A stretch of 59,529 nt of DNA, filler included, from 6 parts of 6 records of this genome joined end to end with filler, not necessarily neighbours in it; one strand, 5' to 3'; shown: positions 42,854-52,033, counted from the first letter of the whole stretch. The notes: generated by a model not told the origin, from the sequence alone. Made by a program: numbers and translations.

Positions 42854-42916
42854 ATACTTTGAAATCCTATTGAGAAGATCCCTCTTTTTTAAAGGTTTGG
42901 ATAGATAATCGGTGCA
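42854..42916 (-). pseudogene. Scrap of a receiver (REC) domain C-terminus
   Basis: Translates to CTDYLSKPLKKRDLLNRISKY, with an in-frame stop shortly upstream and no start. Confidence 0.55.
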
Positions 42917-42991
42917 GGTTACTCCGAGCCGGAACAGTATCCATCAGCACTGTCATGGGGAGACTTTTGACCGTCGGAAGTTTGATCCGTT

Positions 42992-44377
42992 TCATTTTCC
43001 GTCCACTTTACGGGCTCCGGTTCCAAACAATTCCAGAGCCGCCGTTGCCATGGCACCAACCCCCGTTTCAATACTCGCCTTTACCACGGGGGCGAACTTG
43101 CTTGAATGTAGAGAGGGCGGTTCTTTTCCGTCAAGAGACCTTTTCATCAACTGATTTTGCCCGACGGCACCCAAGCGGAACATACAAATGGGGATATTCT
43201 CCGCTGTCCTTCCGTAGCGCGCAAAGTCTTCCCCGATCATTTCCGGATCCCTGGATACCACATTCTCCTGACCCAAGTTGCGCTCAAATGTCCTCACCAG
43301 CCGTTTTGTCAGCATCGGATCATTGTAAAGGGCCGGGGTGAAATCTTCTCTGACTTTAAGGGTGGGCGCAGGCGCTCCCCTAGCGGCCGCAATGCCGTTT
43401 GCAATCCGCTTTATGGATGTCAGGAGCCGATTTCGGGTTTCCTCGGAAAAAGACCGGACCGTCAATTGGAGATACGCCTCATCCGGGATAATGTTGTGCT
43501 GAGTTCCGCTGTGAATCGACCCGACCGTAATGACCGCCGGATCCGTCGGATTTATTTCACGGCTCACGATGGTCTGAAGTGCCAGGATTAATTGGGCCGC
43601 CATCACCACGGGATCTTGGGTCTTGTGCGGAGCAGCACCGTGCCCGCCCGCGCCATGAAGGGTGATATCCAGCGAATCCACATTGGCCATTGCATACCCG
43701 CTGCGAAAACCCACCTTTCCAGCGGGAAGGTCCGCCGCCACGTGCAACGCCAGACCGTAATCAGGAATCGGAAACCGGATAAAAAGACCGTCTGCCAGCA
43801 TGGCCTTGGCCCCGGCACCCTTTTCTTCAGCAGGTTGCCCGATCATCATGAGGGTCCCCGACCACCTGTCCTTCATTTTCATGAGCACATAAGCCGTACC
43901 CATAAACACCGTCATATGCATGTCATGGCCGCAGGCGTGCATGACACCCACATTTTGATTCCGTTCATTCTTCGTAACGATTCGACTGGCATAGGGCAGG
44001 CCGGTTTCTTCCGTTACGGGAAGTGCATCCATGTCCGTTCGAATCATGACTGTGGGGCCTTTGCCGTTTTTGAAAATACCCACAACCCCATGCCCGCCCA
44101 CTTGCGTCGTCACGTGAAAGCCGATCTTTTTTAATTCTTCGGCCAGTCGGGCGGATGTCTCCTTTTCATGAAATGACAACTCGGGATGGGAATGGAAATG
44201 GTGGTACAGTTTTTCCAAGAAAGGATAGGCCTGATCCGTGAGAAGTCGAACGGAAGGTTGGGATTCTTGAGAAGTATAAAGAGGTTGCCCCGCAAAAGCG
44301 GGAAGCCGCAAAAAAGACAGCATCAGCACGACCTGGACATACCATCCCAACCTTAATGCACCCGTCATTTTCAGCAT
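42992..44377 (-). CDS. M20D amidohydrolase (Acy1/hippuricase-like), probably exported
   Basis: HSHPELSFHE, RTDMDALP, MHACGHDMH, QPAEE, GGHGAAPH, GEDF, LHSSKF; start after GGAGGAGG. Confidence 0.93.
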   Translation of the reverse strand: MLKMTGALRLGWYVQVVLMLSFLRLPAFAGQPLYTSQESQPSVRLLTDQAYPFLEKLYHHFHSHPELSFHEKETSARLAEELKKIGFHVTTQVGGHGVVGIFKNGKGPTVMIRTDMDALPVTEETGLPYASRIVTKNERNQNVGVMHACGHDMHMTVFMGTAYVLMKMKDRWSGTLMMIGQPAEEKGAGAKAMLADGLFIRFPIPDYGLALHVAADLPAGKVGFRSGYAMANVDSLDITLHGAGGHGAAPHKTQDPVVMAAQLILALQTIVSREINPTDPAVITVGSIHSGTQHNIIPDEAYLQLTVRSFSEETRNRLLTSIKRIANGIAAARGAPAPTLKVREDFTPALYNDPMLTKRLVRTFERNLGQENVVSRDPEMIGEDFARYGRTAENIPICMFRLGAVGQNQLMKRSLDGKEPPSLHSSKFAPVVKASIETGVGAMATAALELFGTGARKVDGK

Positions 44378-44582
44378 GAGCTCTTTCCTCCTCCAAAAAG
44401 GGGACAATCCGTCAAAGAATTTCAAAAGAACCGCCCTCTCCTCCTGTCTTTTTGTTACCTTTCGAACTCTCCATCACCCTAGTGTCGTGTCATGCATCTA
44501 ATACGAAGAAAGTCAAGAACGACGCCATAAATAGTAATTTCTTGCTGTTTATTAACACATTATCCTGTTTGTCGGCAATGTT

Positions 44583-44723
44583 TTACCGGTTATCCTGAGC
44601 GCTCTCCTTCATCACGTCCCCCAGCTGTCCGGTCAGGGTCAGATGGCCCTTGCCGTTCATAAGGGTGGCCTCAATGAACAGGATATCGCCTCCCACCGGT
44701 GTCACGGCCAGACCCGTGGCAAT
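44583..44723 (-). pseudogene. lon: Isolated 46-codon fragment of the Lon protease proteolytic domain
   Basis: [43 protein letters not shown] then DNR-stop; immediately preceded by an in-frame TGA. Confidence 0.88.
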
Positions 44724-44910
44724 TCAATTGAGTCCTTATGCCATGGGACTTTTTCCAAGAGGAAGAACTCAAAGGTCTGCGCATGGAAATCCGGCCTGAC
44801 TTTGAATTCGGTGTCTCCTTCGATGATCACCCGGGTCCAGGAGGTGTTGGGGGCGACCCCATCCGCCAAATCGTGAATGAATGCTAAACCCTGTCAAGAA
44901 TATTTTTTGA

Positions 44911-44940
44911 TTGACAGGGAACTTTTTACAAATGTATCAT
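44911..44940 (+). promoter_or_regulatory. sigma70 promoter for the Met-leader/DUF39 transcript
   Basis: TTGACA (44911-44916), 18 nt, TATCAT (44935-44940). Confidence 0.7.
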
Positions 44941-44972
44941 CGCGGCAACTTCTAAAAGGAAAGTACGCGGAC

Positions 44973-45047
44973 ATGAATTTACGTAACACCCCCCCAAACC
45001 CGATGATGATGTCCATGATGCCCGCCAGAGGTGCGCCCATGGGTTGA
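44973..45047 (+). CDS. Met-rich attenuator leader peptide MNLRNTPPNPMMMSMMPARGAPMG
   Basis: 24 codons, 7 of them Met (ATG ATG ATG TCC ATG ATG cluster). AAGGA upstream. Lies between a promoter and a terminator, upstream of a homocysteine-synthesis gene. Confidence 0.8.
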   Translation: MNLRNTPPNPMMMSMMPARGAPMG

Positions 45048-45070
45048 TTGACATGGATCCTTAATCTTTC

Positions 45071-45107
45071 AACGCCGTGGGCCTTAAAAACCCACGGCGT
45101 TTTTTTT
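45071..45107 (+). terminator. Attenuator (intrinsic terminator) hairpin
   Basis: AACGCCGTGGG-ccttaaaaa-CCCACGGCGTT, running into a T8 tract (45100-45107). Confidence 0.9.
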
Positions 45108-45414
45108 GCCATAAGAACGGTTTTAAACTGCGAAATACCTTTAATTTCATGAAAATTCTCAGCAGCTTCCGGAAAACGAATATCCCTCCGTACCGGCTGG
45201 ATCCTTGCCTATGGATAATGGCCGGGCTCCTTCGGGGGCCGACCCACGTGCGACTACCTTAAACTAATCAAATATACAACAACCAAAAAAGGCGGCGATT
45301 ATTCCCCTCCGGGATTTTAGTGGTTTGGCGGGTTGAAATGAATCAGGTCTGAACCCACCTTGCCGGATACCCGGGGATTGTGGGGAAGCGCCGCCCATAA
45401 TGGAGGCAAGATTT

Positions 45415-46518
45415 ATGGCCAGGACCATTCAGGACATCAACCGTAGAATTCGATCCGGAAAGGTGGTGGTATTTACCGCCGAGGAGATCATCCATGTGGT
45501 TCGTAAAAAAGGGGTAAAACAGACCGCCAGGGAGGTGGATGTGGTCACCACGGGAACCTTCAGCCCCATGTGCTCTTCGGGGGCCTTTTTGAATATCAAA
45601 CAACCAAGGGTAAAGATGAAGCTGGGCGGCGGGTTTGCCACACTGAACGGCGTCCCGGCCTATGCGGGACTGGCGGCCGCCGACGTTTATCTGGGCGCCA
45701 CGGCCCTGGCGGAGGAAGACCCGCGAAACAGTAATGGGGGCCCTGGAAAATTCAGATACGGCGGCGCCCATGTCATTGAAGATCTGGTGGCGGGCAAAAA
45801 GGTTTCATTCAAGGCCATGGGCTACGGAACGGATTGCTATCCCAAAAAGCACCTTGAAAAGGACATTGGGTTAGGGGATATGAATGACGCCTACCTGTTC
45901 AATCCGCGCAACTGCTACCAGAATTACAATGTGGCGGTGAACGTTTCCCACAAGCCGATCTTCACCTACATGGGCAAACTGAAACCCCATATTGGCAACG
46001 CCAACTACTGCAGCGCCGGTCAGCTCTCGCCCCTTTTTAACGACCCCCATTATCGCACCATCGGTATCGGGACGCGGGTGTTTCTGGGCGGCGGTCACGG
46101 GTATGTGGCCTGGCCCGGCACCCAGCATAATCCCCTGGCGCCGAGGCTTGAAAACGGCACACCGAGGAGTCCGGCCGGAACCGTGGCCCTTATGGGCGAT
46201 TTGCGCCGGATGAGCAACCAATGGCTGCGGGCCGTCTCTTTTACCGGCTACGGGGTCACCCTCAGTCTTGCCGTGGGTGTTCCCATTCCCATTCTGGACG
46301 AGGAAATGGTGCGGGCCGTATCGGTTACGGACGCGCAGTTGAAAGCGCCCATTGTGGACTACAGCCGCTTCTATCCCCATGGGGAGGGAGAAGCAAAAAT
46401 AGGCGAGGTCAGCTATGCGGCGTTGAGATCCGGCAGCATCCGGATCGGCGGAAAAGATGTCCCCACCGGTTCCTTTTCCAGCTATGCCATGGCCCGCAAG
46501 GTGGCACGGTACCTCAAA
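45415..46518 (+). CDS. Homocysteine biosynthesis protein (DUF39; L-aspartate semialdehyde sulfurtransferase, MA1821/MJ0100 family), 3' truncated
   Basis: MARTIQDINRRI..GKVVVFTAEE, VDVVTTGTFSPMCSSG, YGGAHVIEDL, GTDCYP, NPRNCYQNY, LSPLFNDP.YRTIGIGT; GGAGG RBS at 45402-45406. Confidence 0.9.
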
Positions 46519-46618
46519 NNNNNNNNNNNNNNNNNNNNNNNNNNNNNNNNNNNNNNNNNNNNTTAATTAATTAANNNNNNNNNNNNNNNNNNNNNNNNNN
46601 NNNNNNNNNNNNNNNNNN
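46519..46618. other. Artificial contig linker
   Basis: N44-TTAATTAATTAA-N44. Confidence 0.98.
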
Positions 46619-46913
46619 CCACGCTTTTGAGAGCGCCCTCAAGCCGGCAGCCTTCGATTTCAACGATCTCTAGAATCTCCACCCCCAGTTTTTCTACCTG
46701 AGACTTGATCCTTTCCATTAAATCCATGCCGGCGATTTTATCGTGGGAAGGAAAATTCTCGATTTCGATCGCCCAGTTGGCCAGTCCGCCGCAGGTTTCT
46801 TCTTCCAATACCAAGGTATGAAGTCCGGCCCTGGCCGTATATATGGCTGCGGTCAAGCCGGCGATGCCGCCGCCCAGGATGATGATGTCGTATTTACTTT
46901 TTTTGCTTTCCAC
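46619..46913 (-). CDS. Thioredoxin reductase-like flavoprotein, N-terminal part (truncated)
   Basis: YDIIILGGGIAGLTAAIYTARAGL, IENFPS. Confidence 0.88.
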
Positions 46914-46924
46914 TTTTTCGGTTT

Positions 46925-47230
46925 TTAAATTCCCTTGAATATTTTTGTCAGGCCCTGGGGGTTGGTCAGCCCCTTCTGCCGGGCTGCTTCCCGCCCTCCC
47001 TTAAAAAAAAGAACTTCAGGAAAGCGATCTACGCCGAAAGCGGCGGCGGATTCACGGTTTTCCAGGCCGTTGATCTGAAATATGCGGACGCCCCGGTTTT
47101 TACGGGCGAACTTTTCCAGGACGCCCTTCATGGTTTTGCAGTACGGGCAAGGGTCTTTATAGAAAAGGGCCAGGCAGTCGCCCGCCGCTATTTCATTACT
47201 AAAATTCTCGTCAACTATTTCTTCGATCAT
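46925..47230 (-). CDS. Thioredoxin-fold protein with CPYC active site
   Basis: LFYKDPCPYCKTM, FGVDRFP cis-Pro motif. Confidence 0.88.
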   Translation of the reverse strand: MIEEIVDENFSNEIAAGDCLALFYKDPCPYCKTMKGVLEKFARKNRGVRIFQINGLENRESAAAFGVDRFPEVLFFKGGREAARQKGLTNPQGLTKIFKGI

Positions 47231-47301
47231 GATTTCCTCTTGGGGGCCGGCGGTTGGAAAAGCAGTAATCGCCGCCGGCTCCGAATTTGGTTGCAGCAGA
47301 C

Positions 47302-48816
47302 TTAGCTGGCTTTCAGATCCAGCATGAAGTCCCGGAGTTGTATCCAGAGATCGTTGGCGACCTTGTCTTTCTCGCCGATGATATTATTGAGCTGGAAAGG
47401 ATCTTCCCGGCGGTTGTACAGCTCATCCTGTTCCGGAGTTTCAGCGGCGGCGCCGGGAGTGCATGACCAGATGCCGTCTTCGTCCGTGAGCTTGAGACCT
47501 TCATCGTAGATATCGGGCAGCATTTGCTTGGTCAGCTCGGCGTAAAAGCCGACCATTTTGTCCAGGTCGTCCTTGTATTCGCCGTCATGAAGCCAGTGGA
47601 TGTAGGACCAGTCGTCAGTGATTATGCTCCAGGAGAAATTGTGGTACCCGGCTATGGCAAAATCACGGAGTTTATCCTTTTCGCCGGAGACCAGCGGCAG
47701 CAGGCTTTTTCCTTGCATTTCCTCGGCCAGTTCGTCTTCCACCCCCAAATAATCGAGCACTGTAGGCGCAAAATCCGGGGTTTGAACAAAAGAGGAGTTT
47801 CTTCCCGGTTCGTCGCCCGGGTTGCGTACTATGAGCGGTATATGAACCAGTTCTTCATAGGGCCAGGGGCGGCATTTCCGCATCAGGCCATGGCCGTGTT
47901 CGCCGTTGCCCAGGGGTTCGCCGTGGTCTGACAGAAAAACGATCAGGGTGTTGTCATAAAGCCCCAGCTTTTTCATCCGGTCGAGCAGCACTCCGATCCA
48001 CTTGTCGGTCATGGTGATTTTTTCAGCATAGAGCATGCGAATATGATGCATTTCTTCTTCGGTATAGGCGCCGTCAACCAGGCAGGGAACCGGCAAAATT
48101 AGATTCTTGCCCTGGTAATCAGGATTGTAGGGGCATTTCATGTCCGGATCGTAGACCGAGGGCGGATCCCAGGGTTCATGGGGATCGAAGAAATCCACCC
48201 ACAGAAAGAAAGGCTTGCTCCGGTCCACGCTGTTTTCGAGATAATTGATCACATTACGGCAGGTGCGGGCCGCGTACTGGTTTTCGTCGCTGGTCCAGTA
48301 CTGGCGGTGGGACAGATACTGGGTCAGTTCCTTGCGGGTGACATAGCTGATCGCTGATTCCTGATTGTTATGGGGGTCGATAACGGGTGTGTGCATGGCG
48401 TCCGGATCCAGGTGCAGCACGGGGTCTTGAGAATAAAAATGGTCTCCTTCCTGTCCTCTCAGGTATTGCACAAAGTCGAACCCCCGCGAATAGCCGTATT
48501 TGGGCAGGTGGAGCATTGGACAATCGGCGATCAATGCGGTTTGGGTGTGGTTGCGGTAGAGAATATCAGCCAGGGTTGTGTCTTCATAAGTCAGGGGCAC
48601 CCATCCGGCAAAGGGAAGCGTGTACCGGCCCGTGGCCAGGGCGCGCCGCACCGGGATAGTGGGCAAGCCCTCGGCGTAAGCATTTTCAAAGACCATGGAT
48701 TCCCGGGCGAAACGGTCGATGTTGGGCGTTTTGATCCAGTCGGCGCCGTAACATCCGAGGTAATTGAACTGCCAGCTGTCGGCCATGATCATAACAACAT
48801 TTTTCACTTGCGGCAT
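47302..48816 (-). CDS. Sulfatase-fold (alkaline phosphatase superfamily) hydrolase with Thr at the FGly position
   Basis: Start MPQVKNVVMIMADS after AAGGAG; TPNIDRFA, PTIPVRRALATGR, FDPHEPWDPP, SDHGE, HIPLIV, ELY..EDPFQ. Confidence 0.88.
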   Translation of the reverse strand: MPQVKNVVMIMADSWQFNYLGCYGADWIKTPNIDRFARESMVFENAYAEGLPTIPVRRALATGRYTLPFAGWVPLTYEDTTLADILYRNHTQTALIADCPMLHLPKYGYSRGFDFVQYLRGQEGDHFYSQDPVLHLDPDAMHTPVIDPHNNQESAISYVTRKELTQYLSHRQYWTSDENQYAARTCRNVINYLENSVDRSKPFFLWVDFFDPHEPWDPPSVYDPDMKCPYNPDYQGKNLILPVPCLVDGAYTEEEMHHIRMLYAEKITMTDKWIGVLLDRMKKLGLYDNTLIVFLSDHGEPLGNGEHGHGLMRKCRPWPYEELVHIPLIVRNPGDEPGRNSSFVQTPDFAPTVLDYLGVEDELAEEMQGKSLLPLVSGEKDKLRDFAIAGYHNFSWSIITDDWSYIHWLHDGEYKDDLDKMVGFYAELTKQMLPDIYDEGLKLTDEDGIWSCTPGAAAETPEQDELYNRREDPFQLNNIIGEKDKVANDLWIQLRDFMLDLKAS

Positions 48817-48842
48817 ATTGGTCGCTCCTTGATTGATTTCCG

Positions 48843-50849
48843 TTAACCGCCCAGAGACGGCAGAGTCTTCATCAGACCCGGCAGATACGTGGCGATGCTC
48901 GGTAGAAAGATCAAAATAAAAACGATGAAGAGCTGAATTAAAAGAAAGGGAATGATTCCCCTGAAGATAGTCGCCATGGGCACATCCCTGGCTACTCCGG
49001 AGATGACAAAAACATTGATGCCCACCGGTGGAGTTATCTGGCCCATTTCCATCATGATTACCGTGACGACCCCGAACCATATGGGGTCGAATCCCAGTGC
49101 AATAACCGTGGGGAAGATAATGGGCAGGGTAAGCATTATCATGGGGATGATGTTCATGACCATGCCCAGTAAAAGGTAGAGAGCCAGGATGAGGGCCAGG
49201 ATTACATATCGAGAAACTTCCATTGTAGCGATAAAGTCGGACATCTGAAGGGGAATTTCCGTGGCCACGGTGAAAAAGCCCAGGATTGAAACCCCGATAA
49301 GGATCAGAAAGATCATGGCGGTCATGCGCATGCTTTCTTCAAGGGCCTGAAAAAACCCTTTCCAGCCCAGGCCCCGGCCGGAAATAAGACCGACGGCCAG
49401 GGCGCCCAGTGCTCCAATCGCGCCTGCTTCCGTTGGGGTTATAAAGCCTGAATAAATGCCTCCCATGACCACGGCGAAAAGCATCAGGACCGGCCAGACG
49501 CCCCTGAGGGCCTTGAGTTTATCGGACAGAGACGCGGCTTTGGCCCGGGGTCCAAGCCCCGGATTAAAGCGGCACCGAAAAAGAATGACGGCGGCGAACA
49601 AAACGGCCATCAGCACGCCCGGTATGATGCCGGCGACAAAAAGTTTGGCCACCGATACTTCGGCAATGAGTCCGTAAACGATAAAGCCGACGCTGGGCGG
49701 TATAAGTATGCCCAAGGTGCCTCCGGCCGCCAGAGCGCCCGTGGCCAGGGAATCGTCGTAATTGTATCTTCTCATTTCGGGCAGGGAGACCGATCCCATG
49801 GTGGCGGCGGTGGCCATGCTGTCGCCGCAGATGGCGGCGAAACAGCCGCAGCCGGCCACGGTGGATATGGCCACTCCGCCAGGCAGGGGCCCGAGCCAGT
49901 GATATGCGGCGTTGTATGCAGACCGGCTAAGCCCGGCCCGAAAGCAAAACATGCCCATGAGGACGAAAAACGGAACAACGCACAGAAAATAATCGGCCAC
50001 GCTTTCATATGCTTTCATGCGGACGACGGAGAGGGCCGTATCAGGGGAGTTAATCAGCCAGATGCCCAGGAATCCCACCAGGGCCATGGCCAAGGCTATG
50101 CGAAGGCCGATTAACATCAGGATTAAAAGAAACACGATGCCGAAGAGTCCGATCATGGACAGGTTAAGGTCACTCCAATAGTTTCGCAGAAAAAACGGCG
50201 CGGTCAGGGTGGCGACCGCCGTTCCCAGGACGAGCATGGAACCCAGATAAGGATGAGAGGATTGTTTTAAAAATTCCGATTTGATCCGGGCCCATCTGAT
50301 AAGCAGGACGAAAAACATCAGGGCCGCGCCAAACAAGACTATCGATAGCACAGCGATCAGGGGGATGCCGGTCACTTCGCCGGACTCGCCTACTTCTGCG
50401 GCTTCGACAGCCTTGAGAATAAGCTGCCAGGCCAGGATAAAAAAAACAGCCAGGGCGTAGACCGAGAAAAGCGATTCCGTGTACCGCTTTAGGCGGGGTG
50501 AAAACCGTGAAGAGAACAGATCTACCCGGACGTGATCGCCTTTGATCATGGCCCAGGCAATGCTGAGATAAACGGCGCAAGCCAGCATGAACTGTTCGAG
50601 TTCGATGGTGATGGTGAACGGCCGGTTGAAAGCATGCCGGAAGATGACATCAACCAAAATCAGGCCGGCCATGGCAAAGATCATCAGCGAACCCGTCAGG
50701 GATGAGTACCTGGCAAGAGGATGGGCGATCCTTTCGAGAACGCCAGCGGCCCGTTCTAGAGCTCCGGCCAGTAAAAGGGCCATGGCGCGGGGCGAGCGGT
50801 CCCCGGTCAGGGAGGCGTTTTCCAGAGTTTTTTCAGCCATGGCGGTCAT
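48843..50849 (-). CDS. TRAP transporter fused small and large permease (DctQM)
   Basis: N-terminal DctQ (DHVRVDL); DctM motifs VPFFVLMG, GDSMATAATMG, GGTLGILIPPS, TPTEAG, ITPPVGINVF. Confidence 0.92.
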   Translation of the reverse strand: MTAMAEKTLENASLTGDRSPRAMALLLAGALERAAGVLERIAHPLARYSSLTGSLMIFAMAGLILVDVIFRHAFNRPFTITIELEQFMLACAVYLSIAWAMIKGDHVRVDLFSSRFSPRLKRYTESLFSVYALAVFFILAWQLILKAVEAAEVGESGEVTGIPLIAVLSIVLFGAALMFFVLLIRWARIKSEFLKQSSHPYLGSMLVLGTAVATLTAPFFLRNYWSDLNLSMIGLFGIVFLLILMLIGLRIALAMALVGFLGIWLINSPDTALSVVRMKAYESVADYFLCVVPFFVLMGMFCFRAGLSRSAYNAAYHWLGPLPGGVAISTVAGCGCFAAICGDSMATAATMGSVSLPEMRRYNYDDSLATGALAAGGTLGILIPPSVGFIVYGLIAEVSVAKLFVAGIIPGVLMAVLFAAVILFRCRFNPGLGPRAKAASLSDKLKALRGVWPVLMLFAVVMGGIYSGFITPTEAGAIGALGALAVGLISGRGLGWKGFFQALEESMRMTAMIFLILIGVSILGFFTVATEIPLQMSDFIATMEVSRYVILALILALYLLLGMVMNIIPMIMLTLPIIFPTVIALGFDPIWFGVVTVIMMEMGQITPPVGINVFVISGVARDVPMATIFRGIIPFLLIQLFIVFILIFLPSIATYLPGLMKTLPSLGG

Positions 50850-50953
50850 GTGCGGTTGAGCATCCTTTTTAGTTTGTTCGGTCGGATTCGTTTATTGCGG
50901 GGCCGGCGCCCGGGGAAATCCCGGAAAACCGACGCCGATTCAACAGGTTCGGG

Positions 50954-52033
50954 CTATTGCCGTTTTTTCCCGGCATTGCCCCACCAGTCGTCCACGCCGT
51001 ACGGGTTTTGCCGACATTTTTCCGAAATGGCCATCATTTGGTCGAATATGCCCTGGCCGTTCATGCCCTTGTCATTGAGCATTTTTATCCAGGCCTGGTA
51101 CATGGGGCTGACAGCCTTTTGCCATTTGGCTTTTTCCTCGGGCGGGAGATAATAAAATTTGTCTCCCCTGGCTTTCAGCTCCTCGATAACCCAGGCGGCC
51201 TCGTTGTCCAGGGTTTCACCGCACAACGCTCCGGCTGAAACAGTCATTTCCTCTAATACCTTTTGTACGTCAGGGGGCAGTTTGTCCCATGCGTTCCTGT
51301 TCATGAAAATACCGAATGTTGCGTTGATCATGTTCAGCATGGTGTGGTTTTCCAGCAGGTCGGTCAGTTTCATGGAGCGGATAGGGGCGTCGGGAAAAAC
51401 AATACCGTCAATCATTTTGCGATGCAGGGCCATGTACAGGTCCTGGGGCTTGATCGGCTGGGCCGAGGCGCCGAGAAGCTTCATGGCCTGTATTACGTTC
51501 GGGGCGGAAGCCCCTATGCGCACCCCCTTCAACTCTTCCATGGTCTTGAAGGGCGGAACGGCCGTATGAAGGTTGACCGTTGCCGTACTGTACAGGCCCA
51601 GGACCTTTACTTTTTTGTATTCTTCTCGCATTTCCGGAATCGTAACGAACATTTCCCGGGCCACCATAGCCGCGTGCTTGGCCGAGTCAGTGACAAAAGG
51701 AAGGTTGAGCCCCATTGTCAGTGGCATTTTTTTAACGATGAAAACCGTGGCGCCCACGCCGAAATCGCACATTCCGCCGGCAACGGCGTCATAGCTAGCC
51801 GGCCATTTGGCGATCGCCCCGGCGTGAAACCACTTGAATTTGACTTTGCCCTTGGTGCGTTTTTCGATTTCCTGTCCGTACCTTTCAAAGCCGTCCTTAG
51901 TCAGGTAGTGATTGACGGGATAGGGAGATGCGGCCTTTATTATGATTGGTTTGGCCAGGGCTGACGTCATATTCAGACCGACCAGGATCAGGACAGCCGC
52001 CAGGGTTGCGATCATTTTACGGGTTATGGACAT
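50954..52033 (-). CDS. TRAP transporter substrate-binding protein (DctP family)
   Basis: Signal peptide after GGAGGAGG; IEKRTKGKVKF, LPF, EELKGVRI, YMALHRKMIDG, MNRNAWDKLPPDVQK. Confidence 0.9.
   Translation of the reverse strand: MSITRKMIATLAAVLILVGLNMTSALAKPIIIKAASPYPVNHYLTKDGFERYGQEIEKRTKGKVKFKWFHAGAIAKWPASYDAVAGGMCDFGVGATVFIVKKMPLTMGLNLPFVTDSAKHAAMVAREMFVTIPEMREEYKKVKVLGLYSTATVNLHTAVPPFKTMEELKGVRIGASAPNVIQAMKLLGASAQPIKPQDLYMALHRKMIDGIVFPDAPIRSMKLTDLLENHTMLNMINATFGIFMNRNAWDKLPPDVQKVLEEMTVSAGALCGETLDNEAAWVIEELKARGDKFYYLPPEEKAKWQKAVSPMYQAWIKMLNDKGMNGQGIFDQMMAISEKCRQNPYGVDDWWGNAGKKRQ

Noticed and set aside
44724-44726. TGA before the Lon fragment as a Sec or read-through codon
   Set aside because: The upstream in-frame sequence is not Lon-like, and the fragment ends before the catalytic residues.
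44643-45262. ORF-track calls 44643-44876, 44894-45112 and 45077-45262
   Set aside because: They overlap the Lon scrap, promoter, leader peptide and terminator, and show no protein-like features.
44941-45414. SAM-I riboswitch or T-box upstream of the homocysteine gene
   Set aside because: No ATCNAGAG...GCAACC...GTGC core and no T-box GGTGGNACCGCG sequence was seen. The leader-peptide model fits instead.
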